This document shows, in pieces, positions 1 to 10,010 of a DNA stretch of 64,000 bases. Position 1 is the first letter of the stretch; each line of letters begins with the position of its first letter. Position numbers and translations under genes: made by a program. This stretch comes from Verrucomicrobiota bacterium. GTDB taxonomy: Bacteria; Verrucomicrobiota; Verrucomicrobiia; Verrucomicrobiales; Verrucomicrobiaceae. The notes under the pieces are model-generated. The model searched no databases. It worked only from the letters and a program-made list of their open reading frames with translations, and was not told where the DNA came from. The stretch spans positions 9,474-73,473 of the forward strand of contig JAZKCU010000027.1 of assembly GCA_040387935.1 (NCBI GenBank), read 5' to 3'.

Positions 1-2
1 CC

Positions 3-101
3 TATGGCACCAAGGGCGAGTATGAACTGCGCCTCAAGCGTGCCTTTGTGGTGGTGATGGACGGCGGAGGCAAGACGTTGCTCGTTCAGCCGGTGGATTG
101 A
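3..101 (+). CDS. 3' end (C-terminal fragment) of an upstream gene entering the window; product unknown
   Basis: Frame 3 reads ...YGTKGEYELRLKRAFVVVMDGGGKTLLVQPVD* with no start inside the window. It ends 20 bp before the next gene. Confidence 0.3.
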   Translation, partial: YGTKGEYELRLKRAFVVVMDGGGKTLLVQPVD

Positions 102-120
102 TCTGTCGGCCTAACGAAAA

Positions 121-844
121 CATGAAACCATCATTGGCATGGGTCGTCATCGCCCTTGGGCTGATGATCTCCCATGCTGGCGCAGATACCCGCACGGTCC
201 GTGTCTTCGTGGCCCTGGCGGACAATGCCAGCCAGGGCATCGCGAAAGTGCCTGCGAAGATCGGCAATGGCGATGATGCGGAGTTGAACCTTTATTGGGG
301 CAACTCGGAAGGCTTCAAATCCGTGTTTGGCCGCAGCAAAAGCTGGAAGCTCGAGAAGGCCGAGGCCAATCCCGTGCCGGAAATTCTCGACCGTCGCACC
401 TACAAGCATGCCTGCCAGGATTGCCGGATCATCGCCGAGGCTTGGCGCGGCAAGAACATCCGTGAATGCCTGGAAGCCTTTCTGGCCGCGCTTCACAGCC
501 CTGAGAATACAGTCTCGTCGCCTTCATCGGGCACAATGGCCTCATGGATGGGGCCATTCCCATTTCGGGGCTCAGAGCAGCGCCACAGCCGCCGGATGCC
601 ATCATCCTCTGCTGTTTTCAGCGGACGCTACTTCCAGTCGCATCTGGATGCCGCCAAGTCACGACCCGTGCTGAGCACCGCGCAGTTGATGTATCCTGGA
701 TCATTCCTGCTTCGTGATGCCCTTGAGGTCTGGCTCCGCCAAGGTTCACGTTCCGACATACGCATGGCCGCCGCACGGGCTTATGCGTCTAACCAAAAGA
801 TTTCTGTCAAAGCGGCCAGCGGGGTGTTTACGAAGCTGGAGTAG
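121..844 (+). CDS. hypothetical secreted protein; 3' half possibly frameshifted (candidate pseudogene)
   Basis: ATG at 121 gives MKPSLAWVVIALGLMISHAGA, a clean signal peptide. Between about 510 and 600 the +1 frame shows higher GC3 and reads protein-like (VAFIGHNGLMDGAIPISGL). That suggests a frame disturbance in the annotated ORF. Confidence 0.35.
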
Positions 845-880
845 ATCATGAATGACGAGGCCAAGCCCTGGTGATTTGAA

Positions 881-906
881 GGAGCCGAATCTCGGCTCCT
901 TCTTCA
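881..906 (+). terminator. weak hairpin (ggagccga-atc-tcggctcc) followed by a T/C-rich tract, possible terminator of the 121-844 gene
   Basis: An 8-bp stem seen directly. The U-tract is poor (ttcttc). Confidence 0.25.
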
Positions 907-949
907 ATCTATCTCCCCACTCCAGGGCCTCTGAAGTCCTCTAACTCGG

Positions 950-2170
950 CTACTTCGCCGCAGGCTCACCCGGCAGAGGCTCGGTGGGGAAGGTCTCAAG
1001 CCAGGGGAGGCCGTATTTGTTGAGGTCTTCCATGAAGGGATCAGGATTGAGCTGCTCCACGTTCCAGACGCCGGGCTGGCGATACTCGGCCGGATTCGTG
1101 AGGAGCTGGCGGGCGGCGATCATGGCGGGGACGCCGGTAGTGTAGCTCACGCCCTGGCTGTTCGTCTCCACATAGCACTCCTGGTGGTCGCAGATATTGT
1201 AGACGTAGTAGCGCATCGGCTTGCCGTCCTTGCCGGTGCCTTCGATCCAGTTGCCAATGCAGGTCTTCCCCTTGGTATCGGCGCCCAGTGTGCCCGGCTC
1301 AGGCAGGAGGGTCTTGAGGAACTCGATGGGGATGATGTCCACGCCCTTGTGCTTCACCGGGTGGATGCCGGTCATGCCGACGTTCACCAACACTTCCATG
1401 TGCTTGATGTAGGCATCGCCAAAGGTCATCCAGAAGCGCGCACGGCGCATGGGGATGTGCTTGGTCAGGCTTTCCAGCTCCTCGTGGTAGAGGCAGTAGA
1501 TGTTCTTCGGACCGATGCCGTCAGGGAAGGGGAAGCTGCGCTTGATCTCGAGCGGCTTGGTCTCGACCCACTGGCCATTTTCCCAGTAGCGGCCGTTGGC
1601 GGTGACCTCGCGCAGGTTGATCTCAGGGTTGAAATTGGTGGCGAAAGCCTTGCCGTGGTCGCCGGCGTTGCAATCCAGGATGTCGAGCGTGTCGATCTTG
1701 CTGAAGTGGTGCTTCAGGGCGTAGGCGGTATAAACGTTGGTTACACCTGGATCAAAACCGCAGCCGAGCAGGGCGGTGAGGCCGGCGGCCTTGAACTTCT
1801 CCTGATAAGCCCACTGCCAGTGGTATTCGAACTTGGCGACATCCTTTGGCTCGTAGTTCGCGGTGTCGATGTAGTGCACACCGGCCTCGAGGCAGGCGTC
1901 CATGATGGTAAGATCCTGGTAGGGCAGGGCCACGTTGATGACGACCTCAGGTTTGAACTCCTTCAGCAGCTTCACGAGCTCGGGCACATTGTCCGCATCC
2001 ACGGCAGCGGTCTGGATGGGGCGCTTCAGTTCAGCGGCGATGCCGTCACACTTCGACTTGGTGCGGCTGGCCAGCATGATTTCGCCAAAGACTTCGGGAA
2101 GCTGGGCGCATTTGTGAGTGACGACACGGCCGACGCCGCCGGCGCCGATGATGAGAACTTTATGAGACAT
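950..2170 (-). CDS. carboxynorspermidine dehydrogenase-like (saccharopine dehydrogenase family; polyamine biosynthesis)
   Basis: 406 aa. The N-terminal Rossmann motif is MSHKVLIIGAGGVGRVV. Length and overall pattern resemble carboxynorspermidine synthase/dehydrogenase. Confidence 0.7.
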   Translation of the reverse strand: MSHKVLIIGAGGVGRVVTHKCAQLPEVFGEIMLASRTKSKCDGIAAELKRPIQTAAVDADNVPELVKLLKEFKPEVVINVALPYQDLTIMDACLEAGVHYIDTANYEPKDVAKFEYHWQWAYQEKFKAAGLTALLGCGFDPGVTNVYTAYALKHHFSKIDTLDILDCNAGDHGKAFATNFNPEINLREVTANGRYWENGQWVETKPLEIKRSFPFPDGIGPKNIYCLYHEELESLTKHIPMRRARFWMTFGDAYIKHMEVLVNVGMTGIHPVKHKGVDIIPIEFLKTLLPEPGTLGADTKGKTCIGNWIEGTGKDGKPMRYYVYNICDHQECYVETNSQGVSYTTGVPAMIAARQLLTNPAEYRQPGVWNVEQLNPDPFMEDLNKYGLPWLETFPTEPLPGEPAAK

Positions 2171-2450
2171 AAGAGGGGAAAATCTGAAGGACGAAGATGC
2201 GAATGACGAAACTGGAACCCGACTCTAGGCGGCAGGGGGGGAATGCAACGGTCAAAGTGGTCACATGCGATGCTTCGAAGGCGGAATAAAGGTAGAAAAA
2301 TGAAGGGCAGGAAGATTTTGGGAAGTGAGGCGGTGGTGTTGTGATTCGAGAGGCATCACTTAATTGGTCGTAAACACGCCGTAAATACATATTGTCTCGG
2401 GAGGGTTTAGGGGCGATATTAGGCACTTAGCCTCAAGACCCTTAATCACG

Positions 2451-5400
2451 ATGAGTTTCAGTCTGACTTTCCGTTCCCTTTTCCATGCGAACCTTTGCGC
2501 GTTGCTTGGTCGTGTGCTGCCTGTGGTGGGAGGCTTGCTTCTGATATCTTCGGATGCGGAGGCGGCCCTCTCGGCCACCTTCAATGCCGCCGCTGATGTG
2601 CCCGTGACGACCGCCAGCTACACTCCTGCAGGCGACGTGGACTTTACCTTGAACTTCGCGCCCACCCCCGGCACGAACCTGACCGTAGTGAAGAACACCG
2701 GAGTGCCGTTCATTGCCGGTGCCTTCACCAATCTGGCGAACGGCGCGGCCGTGAACCTCAGCTTCGACGGCAAGACCTATCCCTTCGTGGCCTGGTATTA
2801 CGGCGGTGAGGGAAACAATGATCTCGTGCTGCTCTGGGCGCACACCAAACTCGCTGCCTGGGGTTGGAATGAACATGGAACTCTTGGAGATGGCACGCTC
2901 GTTCAGCGTGATGCTCCAGTGATGGTTGATAGAACGGGTGTGCTGGCGGACAAAACGATCGTCCAGGTGTCCTGCGGGACTTATCACACGCTTGCATTGA
3001 CCACCGAAGGCAGGGTGTATGCATGGGGCAAAAATGGCTTTCTGGGCTTTACCGCCACCACTCCGGGAAGCTTTTCCCTGCCAGCACCGGTAAACACAGA
3101 CAGCGGTGTAAGCGCTCTCCACGGCAAGACTGTGGTGGCCGTGGCCGCAGGCGGTAACTCCTACAGCCTGGCCCTTTGCAGTGATGGCTCCTTGGTCAGC
3201 TGGGGATACAACCCATTTGGTGAACTCGGAGATAACAGCCAGACATCACGGGAGATGCCAGTCTTGGTGAACACGACGGCCGGGCTGAGTGCCCTTGCCG
3301 GCAAGACGGTGACCTCCATCGCCGCAGGTGAGTCGTTCAACTTGGCGCTATGTAGTGATGGCAGCTTGGTTTCCTGGGGACGCAACCATTATGGACAGTT
3401 GGGAGACAACAGCCAAACAAACCGGTGGGTGCCGGTCCTCGTGGATCGAGAACTCGGACGCAGCGCCTTGGCTGGAAAAGCGGTGAGATCTCTGGCGGCC
3501 GCAGCCTCGAGCAGTCTAGTGCTCTGTGAAGATGGCTCCGTCGTGGGATGGGGCCTGAATCAGCACGGCAATCTGGGTGATGGAACCATGACGAACAGGC
3601 TGACTCCCACGGTGATGAACACCGAGGCTGGGGTAAGCTTCCTGCATGGCCGTCAAGTGAACTCCCTTGTCGCAGGCCAGCAGCATACCATCATTTTGTG
3701 TTCAGACGGGACCTTGGCTGCGTGCGGGTGGGGTTATCAGGGGAGGCTCGGATTTGGTTCGAGCGGCCCTGTAGAACAATGGCCTTTCCCACAGCAAGTG
3801 AATGCGGCGGCAGGCGAAAGCGCCTTGTTTGGAAAGACAGTGACAGCTTTGTCAGCCGGGCTGACGCATAGCATGGCGCTGTGCTCAGACGGCACTGTGG
3901 TGGCCTGGGGGGACAATACCTATGGCCAGATTGGGAGTGGCGGCACACAGTCGAGCTATCTCAAAGCTGTAGCAGTGAATGCGGTTGCGGGTACAAGTGC
4001 GCTTGCCGGTCAGCGAGTCACGGCGCTGGCAGGATCTGCGCCAGACGCTAGATTTTCTGTGGTAATCTATGGCGTGCAAGCCACGCCTGAGATCACTATC
4101 AACGGCAATGGCATGGAAATCGCCAGCGGTGACACGTCACCCAGCCTGGGTGACCACACCACGTTTAGCGGGGCCATCGTTCAAGGCAGCGCAGTCACGC
4201 GGATGTTCACCGCATCTAATTCCGGAGCGGCACCGCTGAACCTGACGGGCAGCCCCCAGGTGACGATCAGCGGCCCGAACGCGAGTGATTTCACCGTCAC
4301 CAGCCAGCCTGCCAGCTCGCTTTCCTTTGGAGGGCAGTCCAGCTTTCAGGTCGCCTTCAACCCCACGGCTCCAGGCCTCCGCACGGCAACTGTAAGCATA
4401 ACCAATAATGATACTGACGAAAGCACTTATGTCTTCACAATTCAGGGTGTGGGTGTCAGCCCTGATTTCACCTTCAACTCGGCATCCGATGTGCCGATCA
4501 CCACGGATGGCCTGTCTGCATCTGGCACCGTCCAGCTCACGCTAAATTTCGCGCCAGCACCTGGAACAAATCTGACAGTGGTCAAAAACACTGGCACTTC
4601 ATTCATTCAAGGCACCTTTGCGGGAGTGCCAAATGGAGGCACTGTGAACCTGACCTACGACGGCAAGACCTACCCCTTCGTGGCCTGGTATTACGGTGGC
4701 GAGGGGAGCAACGATCTGGTGCTGCTGTGGGCCAAGACCTTCATCGCAGGCTGGGGAGACAATCAAGACTACCAGCTCACCGGGTCTTTTCCCAATACCT
4801 TCCCCCCCGTCAAGCTGGCGCCTACGCGAGTGGACCGGACTGGCGTGCTCGAGGGCAAGACCATCGTCCAGCTCGCCATGGGAGACTCCCACTGCCTCGC
4901 GCTCACGACAGAGGGCAAGGTCTACTCATGGGGCAGTTCTTACTCGGGGCAGCTGGGCTACTTGGGGGGAGATGGCAGGTCCGCCTACCCGGTCCAGACC
5001 GACGCTGGCAGCTCGCTGGCAGGCAAGACGGTGGTGGCCATTGCAGCAGGTGCCAATCATAGTCTGGCGCTGTGTTCTGACGGCACCGTGAGCGCCTGGG
5101 GAAGCAACACTCAAGGAGAACTTGGGGCTGCAGGAGGGACACAACTTTCGATCCCCGTCCAGGTGAACAATACTGGAGTCAGCGCTCTGATGGGCAAAAC
5201 GGTCACCGCCATCACCGCCGGGCGCTTCCACAGCGTGGCCCTGTGCTCAGATGGCAAGGTGGCCGCCTGGGGGGCAAACAGCAACGCCCAGCTTGGCAAT
5301 GGCTTTGAGTCAGGCGGCAGCCTGCCCAGGGCTGTTGTGTATGGAGTTCTGGCTGGAAAAAGAGTGCTGTCCGTCAAGGCAGGTCCCATGCACACCCTGG

Positions 5401-8400
5401 CCCTCTGCTCTGACGGCACACTGGTGAGCTGGGGTAGCAATCTCAACGGTTCGCTGGGGATCGGCACGACAGGTAATCCCTCCGAGCCGGTGGCAGTGTC
5501 CACGGCCGAGGGCAGCAGCGCGCTTTTCGGCAAGACGGTGGTGAGCATGGCAGCTGCGGATCAGTGTCTGGCCCTGTGCTCGGATGGCACCGTCGCGGAG
5601 TGGGGAAGGAGCTTGCTTAGCCCGGTCGCGGTCAGCACGGCCGAAGGCGTGAGCGCCTTGCATGGCAAAACGGTGACCGCCGTTGCCGTGGGCTCAGGAC
5701 ATAATCTGGCTCTCTGCTCGGACGGCAGCCTGGCGAGCTGGGGCGCCAACAGTCGCGGCCAGCTCGGAGACAACTCCACGACTACACGATCAGTGCCCGG
5801 TCTCGTCAGCACAGAAGAGGATGTCAGCGTGCTCGCCGGCCTGCCGGTGACAGGTCTGCCAGTCTCGCTCACCGACAGCGAGAGCTCCGTGGCGATCTTC
5901 ACTCCCTCACCACCAGAGATTCAAGTTTCCGGACTCTTCCCAGGCACACCCAGCAACACTCTGGTGGAGATCGTGGATGGTGACACCACTCCCAGCCCGG
6001 CAGATCTCACCGAGTTTGAGCCCGTGCTTTTGCAGGAGTCAGCCGTCCATGACTTTTCCATCTCTAATCGGGGAATTGAACGGCTGACTTTGAATCCCAA
6101 TCCCCCGTTTGGCGAACTTGTGACGATCGGCGGCCCCAATCCTGGGAATTTCTCATTCGTTCTCTACAATCCCAATAACGGCACTTCCCCCCCGCCACTG
6201 CCAACCACCATCACGAGCCGTGGACTGGCGAGATTCAGACTCTCTTTCACCCCCAACGGTCTGGGGGTGCGTACAGCCACGGTAACGATCCGCAGCAATG
6301 ATCCCGATGAAGATCCCTACACTTTTGTGGTCCGTGGCACGGGTGTGACACCGGAGATCGAAATCCGTGAGTCCGGAAACAACGTGGCCAGCGGCAGCAC
6401 GTTTGCGCTCGGAGATGTGGCGGCCTCCGGCGACAACCAGTCCTTCGTGAAAACCTTCGTGATCAATAACCTGGGGACGGCGACTTTGGAAGGAGACACC
6501 AACGCTCCCAACGACTTGAAGGTCACCAAATCCGGCCTCAACGCCAGCGATTTCACCGTGCTGACACAGCCTGCCGGATCGGTGGCACCAGGAGGCAGCA
6601 CCACCTTTACCGTTCAAGGCAATCCAAGCGGCACGGGCACACGGACAGCCGTGCTGGAAATCGAAAACAACGATCTCAGTGAAGGCGACTATGTGATCAC
6701 TGTGACGATGAATGGAACGGACGGCGTTGCGCCGACGGCGGGCAAGGAGTCCGTCACGGGCATTACTTTCGATGGAGCCACACTGAAAGCCGAGGTGAAC
6801 GGCAAGGGCCATGAGCGTCAGGTCTACTTTGAATACGGCACCACCAACACCTACGGCAGCCGGGTGGAAGCAACACCGGGCACCGTGATGGCTGGCCCTA
6901 CCCAGGTCTCCGCCGTGCTATCAGGCCTGCTGCCGAACACGACCTATCATTTCCGTGCGGGTGTCGCAGGCCCCGTGGGTTCGGCGGTCACCAAGAACAA
7001 GACTTTCACCACCCTGAACCGGCTCCCAGTGGCGGTGGCGGACTCTGCCGTGGTGCTGCCGGGCGGGCAGGTGGTGATCCCGGTGCTGGCGAATGACACC
7101 GATCCAGGAGACACACTGAACATCGCCTCCTTCACCCAGCCAGCACCGGCCGTGGGCAGGGTCACGAAGGTGGGGAACACGCTGGTATTCACGGCGGCAC
7201 CGGGTTTCAATGGTGGAACATTTAGTTATGCTGCGGGGGATGCCCATCGGGGTAAAAGTGCGCTTGCCACAGTGACGCTCACCTTGGGAACGTGCAGCAT
7301 CGGCCCGGATGTGACGATCCCTTCTGACAGCCCGCCGTATGAACTGCCGGTGGCGGCCAACGCACCTTTTGGTGTGGTGGAAAATGCTTCTTGGCTGAGC
7401 TTTGTGCCGCCCGCGCCTGCGGCGGCTTCGGTGACCTTCATTCCATCACCCAACGCCTCCAAGACAGCACGCACAGCAGTCGTGAAGGTGGGCGGACAGA
7501 CGCACACAGTGACCCAGAGTGGTGTGGGTGCGGTGCCGGTGCTGACGGTGCCTGCGCCGATCCCGCAGGCGGCGTTCAGTGCGAGCTATGAGCTGGCCAT
7601 TCCGACGCAAAACGGGCCGGTGACATACACGGCCACAGGTTTGCCGAAGGGGCTGACGCTTTCCAATGTGACGGGGAAGATCACGGGCTCACCTACGGAA
7701 GCAAAGATCTCCACCGTGACGGTGAAGGCCAAAAACGTGCAGGGTGATTCGAACACGATCAGCTTTTCCATCACGGTGCTGGAAATCCCAGGCTCGGCGG
7801 TGGGCAGTTTCTCGGCGGTCATTGAAGATGACTCGACGCTGACGGACCGGCTGGGAGGTCTGATGACGATGACGGTGACGAAGACCGGAGCTGTCTCCGG
7901 CACCCTGAAGCTAGGATCGGGCAGCCACCCCTTCACGGGCAAGCTGAGCACGGCGGAGAATCCTGCGGCGCCAGATCCTGAGCATGCCGTGCTGCGGACC
8001 AGTGTGAAGCGCACGGGCAAGCCGAGTGTGGAACTGCTGGTGCGGATGAATGATGCAGAAACAGATTTCATCGCCGGTGAGGTGACACTTCCAGGAGCCG
8101 AGCCCATCAACCTGGAATTGGAAGGCAGCCGCCACGTGTGGCATGCGACATCGAAGCCAGCGGGCGACTACAAAGGCTACTACACGGTGGCACTGCAGCC
8201 GACCTCGACGGCGGCAGGCATCCCACAGGGGGATGGATTCCTGACCTTCACGGTGACGCCCGCAGGTGCGGTGACATGGTCCGGTCAGCTCGCGGATGGC
8301 ACGGTGATCCCAGCGCAGACTTCCGCGTTGTGGGCGGATGGCCGGGTGCCTTTGTTCGTTCTATTGGCCAATGGCAAGGGATCGCTCACCAAGCCTTTGA

Positions 8401-8936
8401 GCATCGCTCCTGGCACGCGTCTCGTCACGGGGCCGGTGCGCTGGCATAAGAAGCCGCAGGTGGTGCGGGCCTTTGCTGATGGTTTTGAAACCGCGATGCT
8501 ACAGGCCAATGGCAGTGAATACTTGCCGCCGGCTGATGGCCTGACCCTGTTGGACCGTCCGGCACCAGCCTCGTTCCTGCTGCATTTCCTGGACGGCGGG
8601 ATCGAAGGCGTGAGGAACTTTATTCATCTCGACCAAGTTTTCACGATGAGCGCGAAGCATGTGCTCTCAACCACCGGTGCCAATCCTGAGCAGGTAAAGC
8701 TGACGAAGATCGACCTCACCAAAGGCACGTTTACGGGAACGATGACCCTGAAGGACACCAATCCTTTCAATGCGTCCCTGCCTGATGTTTCACGAGCTGT
8801 GACCTTCCAAGGTGTCTTCGTTTCGACGACGCACATCGGCACGGGATATTTCCTCCTACCAGGCATCACCGGGCCACCGGTGAACGTGACGAAGTCTGCA
8901 ATGACCAGCGGAGAGGTGCGGATTGAGTCACTTTGA
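2451..8936 (+). CDS. giant (2161 aa) secreted/surface protein with RCC1-like repeats, choice-of-anchor-D-like, cadherin-like and Ig-like domains
   Basis: More than 15 repeats of the pattern hsLALcSDGsvxsWGxNxxGQLG (RCC1/beta-propeller blades). A duplicated N-terminal module is present. Later segments resemble choice-of-anchor D (ITINGNGMEIASGDTSPSLGDHTTFSG), cadherin-like (VVIPVLANDTDPGD) and a putative Ig domain (TYTATGLPKGLTLSNVTGKITGSP). Confidence 0.8.
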   Translation: MSFSLTFRSLFHANLCALLGRVLPVVGGLLLISSDAEAALSATFNAAADVPVTTASYTPAGDVDFTLNFAPTPGTNLTVVKNTGVPFIAGAFTNLANGAAVNLSFDGKTYPFVAWYYGGEGNNDLVLLWAHTKLAAWGWNEHGTLGDGTLVQRDAPVMVDRTGVLADKTIVQVSCGTYHTLALTTEGRVYAWGKNGFLGFTATTPGSFSLPAPVNTDSGVSALHGKTVVAVAAGGNSYSLALCSDGSLVSWGYNPFGELGDNSQTSREMPVLVNTTAGLSALAGKTVTSIAAGESFNLALCSDGSLVSWGRNHYGQLGDNSQTNRWVPVLVDRELGRSALAGKAVRSLAAAASSSLVLCEDGSVVGWGLNQHGNLGDGTMTNRLTPTVMNTEAGVSFLHGRQVNSLVAGQQHTIILCSDGTLAACGWGYQGRLGFGSSGPVEQWPFPQQVNAAAGESALFGKTVTALSAGLTHSMALCSDGTVVAWGDNTYGQIGSGGTQSSYLKAVAVNAVAGTSALAGQRVTALAGSAPDARFSVVIYGVQATPEITINGNGMEIASGDTSPSLGDHTTFSGAIVQGSAVTRMFTASNSGAAPLNLTGSPQVTISGPNASDFTVTSQPASSLSFGGQSSFQVAFNPTAPGLRTATVSITNNDTDESTYVFTIQGVGVSPDFTFNSASDVPITTDGLSASGTVQLTLNFAPAPGTNLTVVKNTGTSFIQGTFAGVPNGGTVNLTYDGKTYPFVAWYYGGEGSNDLVLLWAKTFIAGWGDNQDYQLTGSFPNTFPPVKLAPTRVDRTGVLEGKTIVQLAMGDSHCLALTTEGKVYSWGSSYSGQLGYLGGDGRSAYPVQTDAGSSLAGKTVVAIAAGANHSLALCSDGTVSAWGSNTQGELGAAGGTQLSIPVQVNNTGVSALMGKTVTAITAGRFHSVALCSDGKVAAWGANSNAQLGNGFESGGSLPRAVVYGVLAGKRVLSVKAGPMHTLALCSDGTLVSWGSNLNGSLGIGTTGNPSEPVAVSTAEGSSALFGKTVVSMAAADQCLALCSDGTVAEWGRSLLSPVAVSTAEGVSALHGKTVTAVAVGSGHNLALCSDGSLASWGANSRGQLGDNSTTTRSVPGLVSTEEDVSVLAGLPVTGLPVSLTDSESSVAIFTPSPPEIQVSGLFPGTPSNTLVEIVDGDTTPSPADLTEFEPVLLQESAVHDFSISNRGIERLTLNPNPPFGELVTIGGPNPGNFSFVLYNPNNGTSPPPLPTTITSRGLARFRLSFTPNGLGVRTATVTIRSNDPDEDPYTFVVRGTGVTPEIEIRESGNNVASGSTFALGDVAASGDNQSFVKTFVINNLGTATLEGDTNAPNDLKVTKSGLNASDFTVLTQPAGSVAPGGSTTFTVQGNPSGTGTRTAVLEIENNDLSEGDYVITVTMNGTDGVAPTAGKESVTGITFDGATLKAEVNGKGHERQVYFEYGTTNTYGSRVEATPGTVMAGPTQVSAVLSGLLPNTTYHFRAGVAGPVGSAVTKNKTFTTLNRLPVAVADSAVVLPGGQVVIPVLANDTDPGDTLNIASFTQPAPAVGRVTKVGNTLVFTAAPGFNGGTFSYAAGDAHRGKSALATVTLTLGTCSIGPDVTIPSDSPPYELPVAANAPFGVVENASWLSFVPPAPAAASVTFIPSPNASKTARTAVVKVGGQTHTVTQSGVGAVPVLTVPAPIPQAAFSASYELAIPTQNGPVTYTATGLPKGLTLSNVTGKITGSPTEAKISTVTVKAKNVQGDSNTISFSITVLEIPGSAVGSFSAVIEDDSTLTDRLGGLMTMTVTKTGAVSGTLKLGSGSHPFTGKLSTAENPAAPDPEHAVLRTSVKRTGKPSVELLVRMNDAETDFIAGEVTLPGAEPINLELEGSRHVWHATSKPAGDYKGYYTVALQPTSTAAGIPQGDGFLTFTVTPAGAVTWSGQLADGTVIPAQTSALWADGRVPLFVLLANGKGSLTKPLSIAPGTRLVTGPVRWHKKPQVVRAFADGFETAMLQANGSEYLPPADGLTLLDRPAPASFLLHFLDGGIEGVRNFIHLDQVFTMSAKHVLSTTGANPEQVKLTKIDLTKGTFTGTMTLKDTNPFNASLPDVSRAVTFQGVFVSTTHIGTGYFLLPGITGPPVNVTKSAMTSGEVRIESL
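2574..2835 (+). repeat. internal module copy 1 (FNAAADVP...DGKTYPFVAWYYGGEGNNDLVLLWA) of the RCC1 giant
   Basis: Protein-level duplicate of 4456-4745. The nucleotide core 2766-2840 is about 85% identical to 4659-4733. Confidence 0.7.
4456..4745 (+). repeat. internal module copy 2 (FTFNSASDVP...DGKTYPFVAWYYGGEGSNDLVLLWA) of the RCC1 giant
   Basis: Matches copy 1. Each copy precedes its own run of RCC1 blades. Confidence 0.7.
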
Positions 8937-9159
8937 AGCTTTGGATTCCTGAATGGGATTCGTCAGCAGGCCATGAGCAGTCCTCACCCCATTTTGGGGC
9001 TGATGGGCCTGCGGATGGGGCCTTGGCACTCCCTGGTGGGGTGGCCCCAACTCGATTTGGGAAGGCAGGGGGCCGTTTTAGCTCGATTTGCCTGCTGAAA
9101 ACACTCTTGCAAAATCTTCTTCCGCAATCATAACAGCGGCCCGCTCGTTTTTGAACGTC

Positions 9160-9226
9160 CCAGCGTGACAGAGTGTCACAGGGCGCTCTCCCTTCAAATC
9201 AACCCCACAACCATGACAGTGACAGT
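9160..9226 (+). promoter_or_regulatory. perfect palindrome GTGACAGAGTGTCAC plus TGACAGTGACAGT direct repeat just upstream of the ABC-2 operon; candidate operator/promoter
   Basis: Seen in sequence at about 9165-9180 and 9211-9224. It lies within a 290-bp 5' leader. Confidence 0.3.
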
Positions 9227-9955
9227 ATGATCCAAGTGCAAAACCTCCGAAAAGAATTCGGCGCCAAAGTGGCCGTGGATAATGTGTCCTTCACCGTTAA
9301 CAAAGGTGAAGTGCTCGGATTCCTCGGACCGAACGGTGCTGGCAAATCCACCTCCATGAGAATGGTCACGGGCTATTTCCGCCCGACCTCCGGCAGCATC
9401 AAGATCGGCGGAGTGGACATGCTGGAGAACCCTGAGCTGGCGAAGCAGAGCATCGGCTACCTGCCGGAAAACGCCCCGCTTTACTCAGACATGACGGTGG
9501 CCAGCTTCCTGGGCTTTTGCGCGGAGGTGCGCGGCATCACGGGCGCGGCGAAGGTGAAGGCGATCGACCGTGTGCTGGACCTGTGCTTCCTGCACCGGGT
9601 GCGTAATCAGAGCGTGGACACGCTTTCCAAAGGTTACCGGCACCGCACGTGTTTCGCGCAGAGCATCATCCATGATCCGGAAGTGCTGATTCTGGACGAG
9701 CCGACGGACGGCCTGGATCCGAATCAGAAGCACGAGGTGCGTCAGCTCATCAAGAACATGGGCAAGGACAAGGCGATCATCTTCTCCACCCACATTCTGG
9801 AGGAGGTGGATGCGGCCTGCTCCCGCGCGATGATCATCGACCGTGGCAAGGTGGTGGCTGATGGCACGCCTGCCTCCCTGCGTAAACTGGTCCCGAGCGC
9901 AACTTCGCTGGATGAGGTGTTCCGCTCCCTCACACGCTCCGACCTGGAGAAATAA
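9227..9955 (+). CDS. ABC transporter ATP-binding protein (ABC-2 type, GldA-like)
   Basis: Walker A GPNGAGKST, signature LSKGYRHR and Walker B ILDEPT. Start chosen at MIQVQNLRKEFG. Confidence 0.8.
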   Translation: MIQVQNLRKEFGAKVAVDNVSFTVNKGEVLGFLGPNGAGKSTSMRMVTGYFRPTSGSIKIGGVDMLENPELAKQSIGYLPENAPLYSDMTVASFLGFCAEVRGITGAAKVKAIDRVLDLCFLHRVRNQSVDTLSKGYRHRTCFAQSIIHDPEVLILDEPTDGLDPNQKHEVRQLIKNMGKDKAIIFSTHILEEVDAACSRAMIIDRGKVVADGTPASLRKLVPSATSLDEVFRSLTRSDLEK

Positions 9956-10010
9956 GAGACCCAACTCTTCCGCCACCCTTTCCCAACCCCCTTTTCCTTC
10001 TTCCGAGCTC

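Noticed and set aside
1184-2206. 340-aa ORF on the + strand opposite the carboxynorspermidine dehydrogenase gene
   Set aside because: Antisense shadow ORF typical of high-GC DNA. Low-complexity composition (A/G/L/V/D-rich) with no recognisable motif. The opposite strand has a clear enzyme signature.
6153-8110. Several 170-220-aa ORFs on the - strand inside the RCC1 giant gene (6153-6812, 7586-8110 etc.)
   Set aside because: They lie entirely within a strongly supported + strand CDS. They have no start context and biased composition; GC-driven open frames.
8933-9133. 66-aa ORF immediately after the RCC1 giant
   Set aside because: Short, with no RBS/start context or motif. It lies in the regulatory leader of the ABC operon.
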